64,000 nt of DNA, from contig CAWETI010000003.1 of NCBI GenBank assembly GCA_963812015.1, positions 768,001 to 832,000 on the forward strand, read 5' to 3'. Under the pieces are notes generated by a model. It ran no database searches, was not told the origin of the DNA, and was given only the letters and a program-made list of their open reading frames with translations. A program made the translations under genes and the position numbers. Shown piece after piece: positions 30,056 through 41,700 of the stretch. Numbering within the stretch: the first letter of the stretch is position 1; each line of letters opens with the position of its first letter. The stretch comes from an uncultured delta proteobacterium. GTDB lineage: Bacteria > Desulfobacterota > Desulfobaccia > Desulfobaccales > 0-14-0-80-60-11.

Positions 30056-30223
30056 ATGGACAAGACACGTCTCTTTTGGCTTGTCACCATTTGGGTGGGC
30101 ATCGGCATTGGCATGCACGTCAGCAGCCGCTGGCTGGGCAAGTGGGCTTGGTTGGCCTCTGGATTGATTCTTATAGGTATCGGCCTGATAGAGGTTATCT
30201 CCGCCTTCCCCTTGGATATGTAG
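30056..30223 (+). CDS. Small two-TM hypothetical protein (55 aa; not in the ORF track)
   Basis: MDKTRLFWLVTIWVGIGIG...LILIGIGLIEVISAFPLDM. Confidence 0.4.
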   Translation: MDKTRLFWLVTIWVGIGIGMHVSSRWLGKWAWLASGLILIGIGLIEVISAFPLDM

Positions 30224-30293
30224 AAGAGGAGCGCATCGATGAGCATTCAGGTGAGATTTTCAGGACTGTGAAAAGGAGCGGGGAAAAAGATTG

Positions 30294-30662
30294 TTACTGC
30301 TTAGTATTAATGAGTTTTTCAACGCTATGCTTAAGTCCGGCTAAGTCAGATGATTTTTCCACGAAATCATCGAAAGGCTGATCCTGAGGAGGCAGCCTCA
30401 AATATTCATATAAAGCCGTATGGCAGATCACCGGCAGGGTTGGCCATGTCTTTTTAATGAACCGGATAAAATCCATCATATTCGGCCCGGCATGGCGCAG
30501 ATTAGTAATTACTAGATCTACAGATTTAGCTGGGTCATTCAGGATCTTAAGAGCTTCCTTTCCCGATTCAGTAGTCAAGACTTCGTAGCCTGCCCCTTCA
30601 AATTCCTCTTTGAGCATTAAGAGAGTAGGATAATCTTTATCAATTACCAGAATAGTTTTCAT
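30294..30662 (-). CDS. Atypical single-domain receiver protein
   Basis: MKTILVIDKD...DLVITN...CHTA...VEKS; phosphoacceptor position is Asn. Confidence 0.7.
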   Translation of the reverse strand: MKTILVIDKDYPTLLMLKEEFEGAGYEVLTTESGKEALKILNDPAKSVDLVITNLRHAGPNMMDFIRFIKKTWPTLPVICHTALYEYLRLPPQDQPFDDFVEKSSDLAGLKHSVEKLINTKQ

Positions 30663-31092
30663 CGAGTCTTTGGCCTCTTGTTTGACCACCAGCACCGGAC
30701 AGGGAGCACTGTCGATGTGTCCAGTTCAATAATAAAAATGATTGCTTAAAATATTTTATCATTTGTCGTCTTGATCCGGAATTGAAGGGCCCAGATTCGA
30801 TCATCAACCTTTCTCTTGGGAAGCATGATAGCTCAAATTTTCCTGATACGTCAATTTTTTCAAGATTTGGGCATGCCACCCCATCGGTAAACAGACTCCT
30901 CATTAATTTCCGGCCTATGACCCCAGGCCAGCACCGCTCGGCAATGGTGAAAGAGAGGCAAGCCGAGACATCTTATACATAAGGCCTCCGGGTATCATAA
31001 GAATTCCTGCCACCCGCTTTGATTCACGGACCGGTCAGTAAGGCTGAAACAAGGTATCGCGATCTAGATTATATCTACAGTGGTCCAGCTTA

Positions 31093-32535
31093 TTAGGCAT
31101 TTACATCCTTCCACCGCTTAGCAAAGTGGATGAAGGCATACATGGCAATGGCGGCTATAATGCCGGCGATGGCAAAAGGCGTCCAGACCCAACTGGGATC
31201 GTACTTGTCCCACAGGAGCCGGGTTACCTGGGCAGGAGTCTGCCCTAGCATCTCCGTTAACGTGGCGAATGCTTGGGAACGGTCCGGCAGTTCATGCATC
31301 TTGAGCACTTCGGACATGTAGCGCAGGGCCAAACCCGCCTTTTCTCCGGTGCGTTCATAGATCTGTCCTGCCAGGAAAGAGCCGTAGCCCCAGCCTAAGG
31401 CATAGGGGATACTGGCATAGCCCATGTACAGCGCCTTCTTGTCGGAAGGCGCAATCACGGCAAGGTACTCTCTCATTTTGGGGGAGCACAGCATCTCCCC
31501 CGCCGTGAAGCAGGCGATGCCGGCCAGGCAGGTGAAAATGGACATGCTCGAACCGACCACATATATCCCCAGACTAACCAGGATAAAGCCAAAAAAGATG
31601 GAGGTGAGCCGGCGCATCACCCGGTTGGCATACCAGGAGAGCGGAACGACGACGAGGATGATCAGAAAAGGGTTGAGATTGATCACCCACTCCTGGGCGA
31701 TCTGGGCGCCCCTGGAGAGATTCCGGGAGAGCATGAACTCCGGCAGGTGCCGGGCGAGGGGGTAACTGTCCACCCAGTCCACGATGAAATTGGGCAGCGT
31801 GTCCCAGAGCTGCTCGAGCACCGCCCAGAACACCGAAATAATGACAATAAAGGCGAGAAGCCGAGGGTTGAGGATTTCCCGGGCCGTGTTGACCACCACC
31901 TGCCAGACCCCGGTGGCGCTATCGGATCCAGGATTAACTTCCCGGTAAGTGAAAAGCCACAACAGGTTCAGGTTGACCAGGAGGGCACAGCCGTAAAAAA
32001 CCGTAGGCCAGGAGTAGCCATAGAGAAAATGGGCCAGCGGCGGCCCCAGGAAAGCGCCGACGTTGATCACCATGTAGAAAAAGCCCCAGCCCACCCCGGA
32101 GGTCTTAGGCGTGAGGGTCTTGACAAAGGTCCCCTGAACGGGCGGCTTGAAGATTGCGGTGCCCGTGGCCAGCAACAGACAACCTGCGAGGAACGGCCAA
32201 AAGGTGCGCTGGGTGGCCATCATCAGGTAGCCCAGGCTTTTTAAAATGATGGCCACCACGATCTGCCGCTTGTAGCCGTAGCGGTCGGCAAAGCCGCCCG
32301 CGAGCACCGGCAGGGTCGACTGCACCAAGGCCCACCACAGGAAGATGAACCCCTTGTCGCTCTGGCTGAAATGGAGTCCGCCAATCTCGTCAGCCTGGGC
32401 GATATAGATGGGGATGACGACGCGCACGCCATAATAAGCGAGCCGTTCGATGGTCTCCATGATGTTGGCCGCCCAGAAAGGCCAGGTCAGGCCTCTGGTC
32501 TGTCCCCAAAATGATGAGGTGTTCTGTTCGCCCAT
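31093..32535 (-). CDS. MFS transporter, POT/peptide:H+ symporter-like
   Basis: ETIERLAYYG (ExxERxxYY), GGFADRYG, FYMVINVGAF. Confidence 0.85.
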   Translation of the reverse strand: MGEQNTSSFWGQTRGLTWPFWAANIMETIERLAYYGVRVVIPIYIAQADEIGGLHFSQSDKGFIFLWWALVQSTLPVLAGGFADRYGYKRQIVVAIILKSLGYLMMATQRTFWPFLAGCLLLATGTAIFKPPVQGTFVKTLTPKTSGVGWGFFYMVINVGAFLGPPLAHFLYGYSWPTVFYGCALLVNLNLLWLFTYREVNPGSDSATGVWQVVVNTAREILNPRLLAFIVIISVFWAVLEQLWDTLPNFIVDWVDSYPLARHLPEFMLSRNLSRGAQIAQEWVINLNPFLIILVVVPLSWYANRVMRRLTSIFFGFILVSLGIYVVGSSMSIFTCLAGIACFTAGEMLCSPKMREYLAVIAPSDKKALYMGYASIPYALGWGYGSFLAGQIYERTGEKAGLALRYMSEVLKMHELPDRSQAFATLTEMLGQTPAQVTRLLWDKYDPSWVWTPFAIAGIIAAIAMYAFIHFAKRWKDVNA

Positions 32536-33062
32536 TTGGGTCCTTTCGAGGGCATCTTCGGTCTTAATAGGGTAAGTATAATGGAAAGGGAGAATGCCGC
32601 TTCAGAAAAATCTATCTGGGATCTAATTCTTCATTACGATATGGAGACTATATTGATATCTGAAAATTTTTAAGAAGTTTCTAGTGGCAAGAGATACGGT
32701 CGCTGAGGATTTGGTATGTGCAAACTCCGGGGGGAAATGCCTTCCACCCAAATTTGTGCTATCGTGCCCCCTACGAGAACAATTGGCTTTGGGAAGAGGA
32801 TTGTTTGGGGGATTTTACTTGGCCAAAGAGGTTCAAAAACCTCGTTTGGACCTAAGCGCCTATGTATGGAGCGTAATCTCGGTTACTAGCAAAAAACTTT
32901 CGACTTTACTACTTTGACATGCTAATAGTAAGAGCAAATCTATAAGGCAAGAGAAAGCCTTGACTCCCAAATCACTTAAACAAAAGCTTAAACAATAAAG
33001 AAGAATTCAGATTTAATCTAAAGCGTTACTGGGATCCGGTGGCTTGGGTGGGAACAAGAGAT

Positions 33063-33299
33063 ATGAGCGGGAGAAACTTTAATCGGCTTTGGGCCTTGAC
33101 GTTGGCCCTGTTGATTGGGGCAGGCTGCTCCGGCGTCTTGTATGAATCTAAATCTGAGGATGGCCGGGAGGACCGATTGCTGATTGACCAGGGCGAAAGC
33201 TGGAGCACCTATGACGATAAGCCCAGAAAACCCGACAGTAAGGCCAAAAAAGACCAGGATGACAGAAGTATCTTATTGAAAAAGGAGTTGACTTTTTAA
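33063..33299 (+). CDS. Small lipoprotein
   Basis: Signal peptide ending in the lipobox-like LIGAGC. Confidence 0.55.
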   Translation: MSGRNFNRLWALTLALLIGAGCSGVLYESKSEDGREDRLLIDQGESWSTYDDKPRKPDSKAKKDQDDRSILLKKELTF

Positions 33300-33347
33300 C
33301 CGCCACTGCTTCGCAGCGCGCCCACCTCTGACTGGACCCCTGGTAAT

Positions 33348-33591
33348 CCTGACCATCCTGGCCACGTTGCGTATCCCCAATAAGGCGCTGTGGTGGGCGA
33401 TCGGTGGCGCAGTGGCCTTTCTATGGGCAGTTCTCTATATCCCCTTTTTGGGCGGTCTTTTCCAATTTGATGAGTTACACTGGGATGATCTGCTGGTCTG
33501 TCTGGTCGCAGGCATGATGAGCATCGTCTGGTTTGAGGTGTTGAAGATATTCCGCAATTGCAAGAGAGCGTTAAGCCATAAGATATCCTAA
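33348..33591 (+). pseudogene. C-terminal remnant of a P-type (P2A-like) cation ATPase
   Basis: NKALWW...LYIPFLGGLFQF...WFEVLK resembles the last two TM helices of the cation ATPase C-domain; no upstream body. Confidence 0.65.
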
Positions 33592-33618
33592 TAGTCTAAC
33601 GTAACGGAATTATTAGTT

Positions 33619-36054
33619 ATGTCGGAAATATTTACTGGTTTGACTTCTGGTGAAGTCGAAGACCGCTTTGCCAAGAAACAATATAACCGGTCATCCCGGG
33701 CCAAAACTAAGACCATTGGCGAGATTTTTATTGAAAACGTTTTATCCGTTTTCAATTTTATCATTGGTCTTATCGTTATCTTCTTTGTATTTTTTTATCT
33801 TAGAAGTTTTGATTCAAGGTTGTTGCTGGATGCTATCGGTATTTTCATGGTGGCTTTCATCAATACCATGATATCGATCTATCAAGAAATTAAAGCAAAA
33901 AGAGTACTCGATAAAGTAAACTTACTATTAAAGAGAAATGTCACTATTGTTAGAGATGGACAGCAATGTCTGGTTCCCCACAAAAAAATTGTCCTTGATG
34001 ATGTGATTTTTTTGCAGCGGGGCGACCAAGCCGTCGTCGATGGCTTGGTCTTACAAGCCAATCATCTCGAAATCGACGAATCCTTGCTGACAGGCGAATC
34101 CGTGCCGATTGCCAAAACCGTCGGTGGGCAGATCTTATCGGGAAGCTTCTGTTTATCCGGGAACGGCTATTACGTGGTGGAAAAGGTGGGTGATGACAAC
34201 TATGCTGCTCAAGTTACCAGGCTCGCCAGAAAATATAGATTCAACCTGACGCCACTCCAAAAAAGGATTAATTTTTTTGTCAAGGCGTTATTCGGCGCCG
34301 CCATCGTCATCGTGCTTCTCAAAATCCTGTTGACTCGGAGCAGCAGCCTCCTGGAAATCGATGCAGTCCGGGAAATGGGCACCATCCTGGAGTCCCTGGT
34401 GCCTCAGGGGCTGGTGTTGATGTCCTCCGTCACCTTTGCCATCGGGGTCTACCGCATTAGCAAGGTGGGGGCCATTATCCAGAAGCTAAACGCCGTGGAG
34501 TCATTCTCCAACGTCCAGGTCATCTGCATGGATAAGACGGGGACCCTGACTCAAAATAAACTCTCCGTGCAGCAGATTATTCCTTTGGCGGCTGGTATCT
34601 CTGAAGACGGGATTAACAGATTTTTGGGAACCTACGCCTGGCTCTCTTCGGATAAGAACGCCACCATCCGGGCCCTGGAAGCTTTCAGCTATGATGAAGA
34701 AGCGGTCGCCATGGACGAGATTCCCTTCAATTCCGAAAGGAAGATGAGTCTTTTAAGAATTGAGCACGGCGGCTCTTTGACAACATTTGTTTTAGGGGCT
34801 TACGATATCTTGATTGACAAAATGCCGGTAAATCTGCAGGCGGAGGCCGCGAGACTATTTGCGGCGCACAAGCTTGAGGTTTATCGCAACCTCCTGTTCG
34901 CCAGGGTGTTGGGCGGCCTATCCCTGGATGAGGCGGCGAGCGATGGCTCGCAGGTCGCCATGGAGCCCATTTGCATCGTGGCCATCGCCGACCGGATCAG
35001 GGAAGATGTGATGGAGGTGATAAGTCTATTTAGGCAAAAGGGCATAGGATTCAAAATCCTTTCTGGAGATGCCCCGCAGGCTATTCAGGCAGTTTGCCGG
35101 GAAATCGGCTGGGAGGTCGAGGGCGGAAGCATAATCTCCGGCAATGAATTGGACGGCCTGGCCGGCAACCAGTTTGCCGAGGTAGTGCGACACAAGATGG
35201 TTTTTGGGCGGCTCAAGCCCGAACACAAGCTCAAGATCGTCAAAGAACTGCGGGCCCAGAAAGTCTACACTGCCATGATCGGGGATGGGGTCAACGATTT
35301 GCCGGCCATCAAGGAAGCCGACATAGGTATTGCCATGGAAGAAGGGAGCATGGTCACCAAAGAAGTGGCAGACATCGTCTTGCTCAAGAACCAATTTGCC
35401 CTGTTGCCGAAAATATTCGATGAGGGAAACAAGGTTATTAATACAGTAGGGGCAATTGCCAAGTTATTTTTGACCAAGAACTTTTTGATAGTCTATTTGG
35501 GATTGATGACTATTTTTTTCTTCCTGGAGTTTCCTCTGACCCCGCGCCGGGTTTCATTAATGAATATCTTTGCCATCGGGCTCCCTTCCATGATCATAGC
35601 CTTTAAAAATAAAAATGTGGAACCTTATAAAAACTTTATGTTGGATCTTTTTACCTTTGTCGGATTAGCAGCTTTGGTTATTGTCACCGCCGGTTACATC
35701 GGGTTTTATCTTTCTCAATCCAACCCTCTCCTCAAGCATGTTGAGTCCGAAACGGTGATGATCGCCATTATGACTGTGGTCGCCGTTGCCAATTTTTTCG
35801 CTGTTGCGATTCATAAGCATGAGAAGCGCAGACTGCCATACATTATCTATGGCTTGCTGATGCTGAATGGGTATTTTCTGCTGCTCTACATGCATGGGAA
35901 TAACGTTCTCGTTAAGATCATCAAGGTATTTTATGAGATCCCGAATCTGCATGTGCAGTCCTGGTGGTTAATCCTCCTGGCAAGTGCGAGTGGTTCGCTT
36001 CTCCTTCTGGTTCTACAAAAAATCCGCGGGTGGTTAATAAAGGCAAATGGATAA
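33619..36054 (+). CDS. P-type ATPase (CtpE-like, unknown substrate)
   Basis: DESLLTGES, DKTGTLT, SGD, GDGVND; TM4 motif reads VPQGL. Confidence 0.9.
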   Translation: MSEIFTGLTSGEVEDRFAKKQYNRSSRAKTKTIGEIFIENVLSVFNFIIGLIVIFFVFFYLRSFDSRLLLDAIGIFMVAFINTMISIYQEIKAKRVLDKVNLLLKRNVTIVRDGQQCLVPHKKIVLDDVIFLQRGDQAVVDGLVLQANHLEIDESLLTGESVPIAKTVGGQILSGSFCLSGNGYYVVEKVGDDNYAAQVTRLARKYRFNLTPLQKRINFFVKALFGAAIVIVLLKILLTRSSSLLEIDAVREMGTILESLVPQGLVLMSSVTFAIGVYRISKVGAIIQKLNAVESFSNVQVICMDKTGTLTQNKLSVQQIIPLAAGISEDGINRFLGTYAWLSSDKNATIRALEAFSYDEEAVAMDEIPFNSERKMSLLRIEHGGSLTTFVLGAYDILIDKMPVNLQAEAARLFAAHKLEVYRNLLFARVLGGLSLDEAASDGSQVAMEPICIVAIADRIREDVMEVISLFRQKGIGFKILSGDAPQAIQAVCREIGWEVEGGSIISGNELDGLAGNQFAEVVRHKMVFGRLKPEHKLKIVKELRAQKVYTAMIGDGVNDLPAIKEADIGIAMEEGSMVTKEVADIVLLKNQFALLPKIFDEGNKVINTVGAIAKLFLTKNFLIVYLGLMTIFFFLEFPLTPRRVSLMNIFAIGLPSMIIAFKNKNVEPYKNFMLDLFTFVGLAALVIVTAGYIGFYLSQSNPLLKHVESETVMIAIMTVVAVANFFAVAIHKHEKRRLPYIIYGLLMLNGYFLLLYMHGNNVLVKIIKVFYEIPNLHVQSWWLILLASASGSLLLLVLQKIRGWLIKANG

Positions 36055-36530
36055 ACCTGCCTGAACAGATGGGAAGAAACTCTGGCCCTTGCTCTGATCA
36101 AACTATAGCGCAAATATGCCGTGACAGAAGTGTTGCTAACTGCTATGACTAGAAACTTATCAAGCGGCTGAAAATTCAACGTATCTTGATTATATCTGCA
36201 CTTTTTAGTCTGAAGATTTCTTTTGTCTACCCTGGAGATTCTGGCTTCCTTATCTCGCAGGCATTTGAAATCATCCTCCCCACAAATGCCCGCACAAGAT
36301 ATGCGGATCATATCCGCAACTATTTGGATTTTTTGATAAGTTTATGGTTTGGCAAGCTAGTGCGCATCGACCTCCAAAATGCCCCCGATTACTTACTTGC
36401 GGTCCCACCTGTGCGGGGAGCCACGAATAGGAAACTGGTTTAGATTCTATCTGGATACCTCGGCACCTTTGGAACTTGACTTTGCACATAGGAGTGATCT
36501 GGCATCCAGCGAAGATTCTTGAGGTTGGTC

Positions 36531-36606
36531 GAGGGGGCCTTTGAGCAAGAGGCTTACATAAGTCTTATGAGGGCGTGGGGGTGAAATTCCCCCACACTAC
36601 TCGACT
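36531..36606 (+). mobile_element. Group II intron 3'-end remnant (degenerate domain V, domain VI)
   Basis: gagggcgtgggggtgaaattcccccacactactcgact resembles the bacterial group II domain VI/3' splice end. Confidence 0.6.
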
Positions 36607-36639
36607 TTATTATAGCCCTTTCTGATCCTCATCGATGTT

Positions 36640-36940
36640 CGGTTATACAGCCATCTTATTTCCGCGGTCATCGGCGTTACCGCCTTCAAATTGCTGGCTC
36701 CTCACTTATGGCTAGCTGCGGCCCTGGCGGTGGCCACCAGCATTGCGGTAATGCACGCCACTAAAACCGCGCACCTGCCGGGCGAGGCCACGGCCCTCAT
36801 CGCGGTCATGGGCGGCAAGAATATCAATGAACGGGGGTATTGGTACGTGATGATGCCCGTGGGCGGTAATTCTGCTTACGGTCGCGCTACTCGTGAACAA
36901 CCTTTCTCTAAAGCGCCAATATCCTGAATTCTGGTGGTAG
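36640..36940 (+). pseudogene. HPP-family membrane protein remnant
   Basis: HLISAVIGV...AAALAVATSIAVMHATKTAHLPGEATAL (degenerate HPPGGATAL); 5' truncated and frameshifted. Confidence 0.7.
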
Positions 36941-37006
36941 AGCCCCCGGGGCGCGGCGCCCTTGCAGTTCTGGGACTTGCCGCTTACCGGGAGTTGGCGA
37001 AGGGCC

Positions 37007-38810
37007 CTATACCCCGCTCATCTCGTGATAATAGCTGATGATATCTCTCTTGGAGATCATCCCGATGATCTCATCCGGGGCTTCGGGCCGCACCACCGGC
37101 AACTCGTCCGTATTTATCCGGCGCATTTTGTCCAGGGCGTCTTCCAAAGTGTCATCCGGAAAGACCCGGAGAACTTCGGTGGTGGCCACATCTTTCGCCA
37201 GGATTAATTTAGAGACTCCCGACTCGAAAATTATCTCCCTAAGATCATTGATGGAGAGAATTCCCGTCAATTTGTCGTCCTGGTTCACCACCGGATAATA
37301 CATATCGCTGGAGTTGGTTAAGAGCTTGACCAGATCCGGGAATGGAAGGTGTTCGGGGATGGCCGTCACTGCCTTCATGGTCACCGCGTCTTTCACGCAG
37401 AGTTTTTCCAGCAAGCTCCGGGCAAAGTCAGAAATGTGTGCCGGTGAGGCGATGCGAGCCAACAGCTGCTCTTCATAGAGGCTGGTTTTGCCCAGGAGCA
37501 AGAAGGAGGTGGCGGCCACCAGCATTAGCGGCACCAGCAGGTTATAGCTGGAGCACATTTCGCAGGCCATGATGATGGAGGCAATGGGGACCTTGGCCAC
37601 GCTGGCGAAGAACCCACCAATACCCACCAGCACAAAAGAACTGGGGTTGATCACCCAGCCCGGCGCCAGACTGTGCCCCCAAAAGCCGAAGGCGCCTCCT
37701 AGCATGGCTCCAATAAAGACCGAGGGGCCGAAGACCCCGCCGCTACCCCCCGGAGCTGATGGTGCAAGAGGTAGCCAGGATCTTTAAAAACGCCAGGATC
37801 AACAAGGTCTGCCAGATGATCTTGCCTTCCATGGCCATCTGGACCCAACCATAGCCACTGGCCATTACCTGGGGATAAAAGTAGATGATCAGCCCCAGGA
37901 ATAATCCCCCCAGGGCCGGTTTGATGATATTGGGCAGGGGAAGACGGCGGAAGAAATAATCCCGCATGCCATAGAAGACCTTGATGTAGAAGAATCCCAC
38001 CGCGGCGCAGATGACTCCGAAAATCAGGTACGGGATCAGTTCCACCGGTTCAAAATTTACCGGTCCCGGAAAGAAGAGGGCCGTGCGATGGTTGATTTGC
38101 CAGAAGATGGAATCTGCCACAATGGCGGAGACAATACACGGCAAGATGGCTTCGTACTCCAGTTCGGCTTCCCGGTACAGCACTTCCGGGGCGAATAGGG
38201 CCGCACCCAGCGGCGCATGGAAAATGGCCCCGATACCCCCCGCAGCGCCGGCCAATAGCAGGATGCGCCGGATTTTGGGCTTCAGATGCAAAATATCGGC
38301 TAAAAATGACCCGAATCCGGAGCCGATCTGGGCGATGGGCCCCTCTTTGCCCCCGGAGCCGCCACTACCGATGGTGATGGCCGAAGCCACGATCTTTACC
38401 AAGGGCACCCGTTTGCGCACGTAACCGCCGCGATAATGGAAGGCTTCAATCATGGCATCGGTGCCGTGGCCTTCCGCTTCCGGAGCAATGAGATATATCA
38501 GCAGGCCCGCCACCAGCCCGCCCAAGGCGGGAATGACCAGTAGCACCCAACGATGGACGGGAAGATAGTGGGCCAGGGACAGGAGTTCCCCCGGGTTGGG
38601 TTCTCGGTAGCCACTGGTCAGGGTGATAAAAAAATGCAGCGTCAGATTTAGGAGTTTATCGAAAAACAACGCCCCCAGTCCGGAGATCACCCCCACGATG
38701 ATGCTTAGCAGGGGCAGACCCATGCGCCCGGAAACCCTGACATCTCTCAGGCGAGAAAGCCATTTTGCGGGTATCCAATTCCGGTCGTCGGAGTTTTTCA
38801 GGTCCATCAT
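37007..38810 (-). pseudogene. ClC chloride channel/H+ antiporter with CBS pair, frameshifted
   Basis: GHGTD, GKEGP; removing one base from the C6 run at 37746-37751 restores SGGSGGVFGPS and joins the CBS-containing ORF. Confidence 0.85.
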
Positions 38811-39000
38811 CTTGATCCGCCTGGCTCAGGAGGGCAAATCCTTCCATGACTTCTAAATTCTCCCCTAAGCATGTTGGAGGCGATTGATCTCGATATCCCA
38901 GGTAAGAAAATTCTATCCTTCATATAACCCCACGCCTAAGATTATTTGGTTTACTCCTGCTCCCGGAGGCGCAAAATCTTTTTCAATTCTGCGCCAATAC

Positions 39001-39915
39001 TTAATTCTCTACTATGAACAGTTCGTTAGACCTTGCAAAGCTCAAAAGATACCGGCCCATGACTAACATCTGGGTATGGTACTCCAGGATGGCATTGCGT
39101 TTAGTTACGACCTCCTCGGGGGTAAGGGTAAGTGAGACCCATTGTATGCCTTTATCAGGAAAACCCTCAGGAGGATAGAGGCGTGACCCGGTTCCCGCAC
39201 CCTGACCAATCGGCCACTGGCCAAAATGGATCAGGAAGGTAAGCACTCGGGGTTTGAGGTTGGGATGTTTCTTGCGCAACTGTGTCAATGCCTTCTTAAC
39301 GAAAAAATAAGTGGCGCTATGGTCTGGATGCTCGTCCTGCCGCGGTGTGGTCGCCACCACGTTAGGTTGAAAATCAGCGATCACGTGTTCGATCTCCCTT
39401 GTGAGATCGTGGCCGGTATAGATGGTGTGCGGGATGATGGTTTCCAATCTCGGGGGACAGTTTTCCAGGGTAAAAGGAGACCTGTACGCCTGTCGGCCAG
39501 CGCAAAAATGCAGAAGAAGGGAGGATAGCCCGCCGTCCGGAAAGCCGAGGAAGATCACATCGCTCCCCTTCAATCCCAACCTGGTGATGGCCTTCAGGAC
39601 CTCTCCCCGGCGCTCATCACCATATTTGCGGTAATCTTCGGCGGTGGGATGGGAGATGCGATCCTCCTTTTCCACCCCTTCAGGAAAGCCGTCTCCGTTG
39701 GTCATAAAGACAACCTTTACCCTTCCACCTCTTTTGAGAACGCGCTAAATCAGCCCTGCTGCTCCCAGGCTTCCATCGTCCGGGTGTGGCGAGAAGATCA
39801 AAAGACGTGTGTCAGGGGAGATCAGAGATTCTATCGCCAGAGGTTCCTCTGCCTGGGCGTAAGGAGGCACTATTATGGCAAAAATGAATAGTACAATCCA
39901 GAATACTTTTAGCAC
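39001..39915 (-). pseudogene. PIG-L/LmbE-family deacetylase interrupted by an in-frame TAG
   Basis: SPHPDD, TNGD, FLGFPDG, DEHPDH; both ORF pieces share one frame, with TAG at 39745-39747 (GLI*RVL). Confidence 0.82.
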
Positions 39916-40224
39916 GATGACCTCCGGGAAAGAAAATGACCAAAGGCATGGCGTGAACAATACCGTCCCACACTTACTCCTCTTTGATTATATACAAGAT
40001 TATGTGGCAGATTTGGCAAAGCGATTAAAAAATATTTTGAGGGAAGAATTCATAAAAAGTTTGGGAACCCGTGCCTTCCTTTCAAGGAACAGGGAAAATG
40101 GCACCTAAAGGCCGGGTATATGAAATTGGCCCATTGCGTCAGATGTGGTTGATGCATATTTTATAACTCATCTTACTTAATAGGCCTTTGGCATGGATCA
40201 TTCCAGTCTGGAACATGGTCAGCG

Positions 40225-41495
40225 GTGATCGGCCTCGATGACCGCCCTGGAGTCGCAGTGGCATCAAGAGTTAGCAACCGCCTGATAAGTTTGGACATAT
40301 TCCGCGGTTTGACCATCGCCGCGATGATCGTCGTCAACAACCTGGTGGCCTGGACCGATACCCCCCGCTTCCCGCGCCTGACCCATGCCGAGTGGCATGG
40401 GTGCACCCTAGCCGATCTTATCTTCCCCTTTTTTATTTTCATCGTTGGCGTTACCGCAGTATTTTCTTTGGACCAGCGGGCAAAAAGGGGGGCAAGTCCG
40501 GCGCAATTGTACTGGCGTATCCTCAGTCGTAGTGCCGCGCTTTTCGCTCTGGGTCTGGTTGCGTGCAGCTATTTCTTCTGGGGTTGGCTATTCCAGGTCG
40601 TCTGTCCACCCGGAGTAACACGGGAGAGCATTTGGGCGATTTTCCTGTCGGCGCCGGCCAATACCGAGGAGTTCTATTTTTCTCTCGACAATCTGAGAAT
40701 CATGGGCGTGCTCCAGCGCATCGCCCTGGTGTATCTGGTAGTCTCAATCCTATTGATCCATACCCGTTGGCGGGTCCAGGCCCTGATCGCCGGCACCTTG
40801 CTGTTGTTATATTGGGGCCTGATGAGCCTTCCCGGCTTCACATTGGAGCCGGGGGGGACCTGGGTTCTTATATCGACCGCGCCGTCCTGGGGGAAACGCA
40901 CTTGTGGCGGTATGGGCAAACCTGGGATCCCGAAGGTTTGCTGAGCACCCTGCCGGCCATCGCCACCGGCATATGTGGCGCCCTCACCGGCCAATGGCTG
41001 CGTACCCCGCAGGACCGGCGCAACACCCTTATCGGGCTTTTCTTGTTCGGTTTCTTCGGCATCTTGATCGGCACGCTGTGGGGATACGTGTTTCCCATCA
41101 ACAAGTACCTCTGGACGAGCTCCTTTGCGGTCTATACTGCGGGCTACGCCCTGATGTTTCTGGCATTCTGGTACTGGCTCATCGATCTCAAGCAGGCTCA
41201 GGCGGTGTGGGCCATGCCCTTCGTCTGGCTGGGCATGAACCCCCTATTGGCGTATTGCGGGGCCCAGATCGGGTCCTTAGCCTTGGGCGTCCTGTATATC
41301 GGCACGCCGACTCAGCATACCCATCTCATCACGCCCATACTGACCAGGATTTTCGGGGAAAATTGGGATGTCGTTAGCCTGACGCATTGGCGGGACCCGA
41401 GGTGGCCCTCACTCTGTTGGGCCATGATATACTTAAGTTTTTGGACTTTGGTAGCGGGCCTTTTGTACCGGAAGCGAATCTTCATCAAGATATGA
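40225..41495 (+). pseudogene. Heparan-alpha-glucosaminide N-acetyltransferase-like membrane acyltransferase, frameshifted
   Basis: RLISLDIFRG, HAEWHG...ADLIFPFF, GVLQRI, then DPEGLLST and INKYLWTSS in another frame; shift at the G7 run 40851-40857. Confidence 0.85.
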
Positions 41496-41648
41496 GAACC
41501 CACCCACCCCCCGCCAGGGGAAAAGCCCAGTCGGGGCTGCCAGCCTCCCGCATGGCTGGAGAATCGGCCCCGCCCTTTGAGGCGAGAACATTTCCCGATG
41601 AACAATTGCAAGAGGCCTGGGATTGAATTAAATTTGGCGATTATCCCC

Positions 41649-41677
41649 TTGACAATGTATTTTCGCTGTGCTATATT
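41649..41677 (+). promoter_or_regulatory. Transposase promoter TTGACA-N17-TATATT overlapping the left inverted repeat
   Basis: Near-consensus hexamers with a 17-bp spacer. Confidence 0.7.
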
Positions 41678-41700
41678 GATTGTCAAAGGAGTTAAGAGCC

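Noticed and set aside
39745..39747. Genome-wide TAG reassignment or pyrrolysine use
   Set aside because: Several conserved genes here end at TAG at their expected length and no pyl genes are in the window; CAG-to-TAG is simpler
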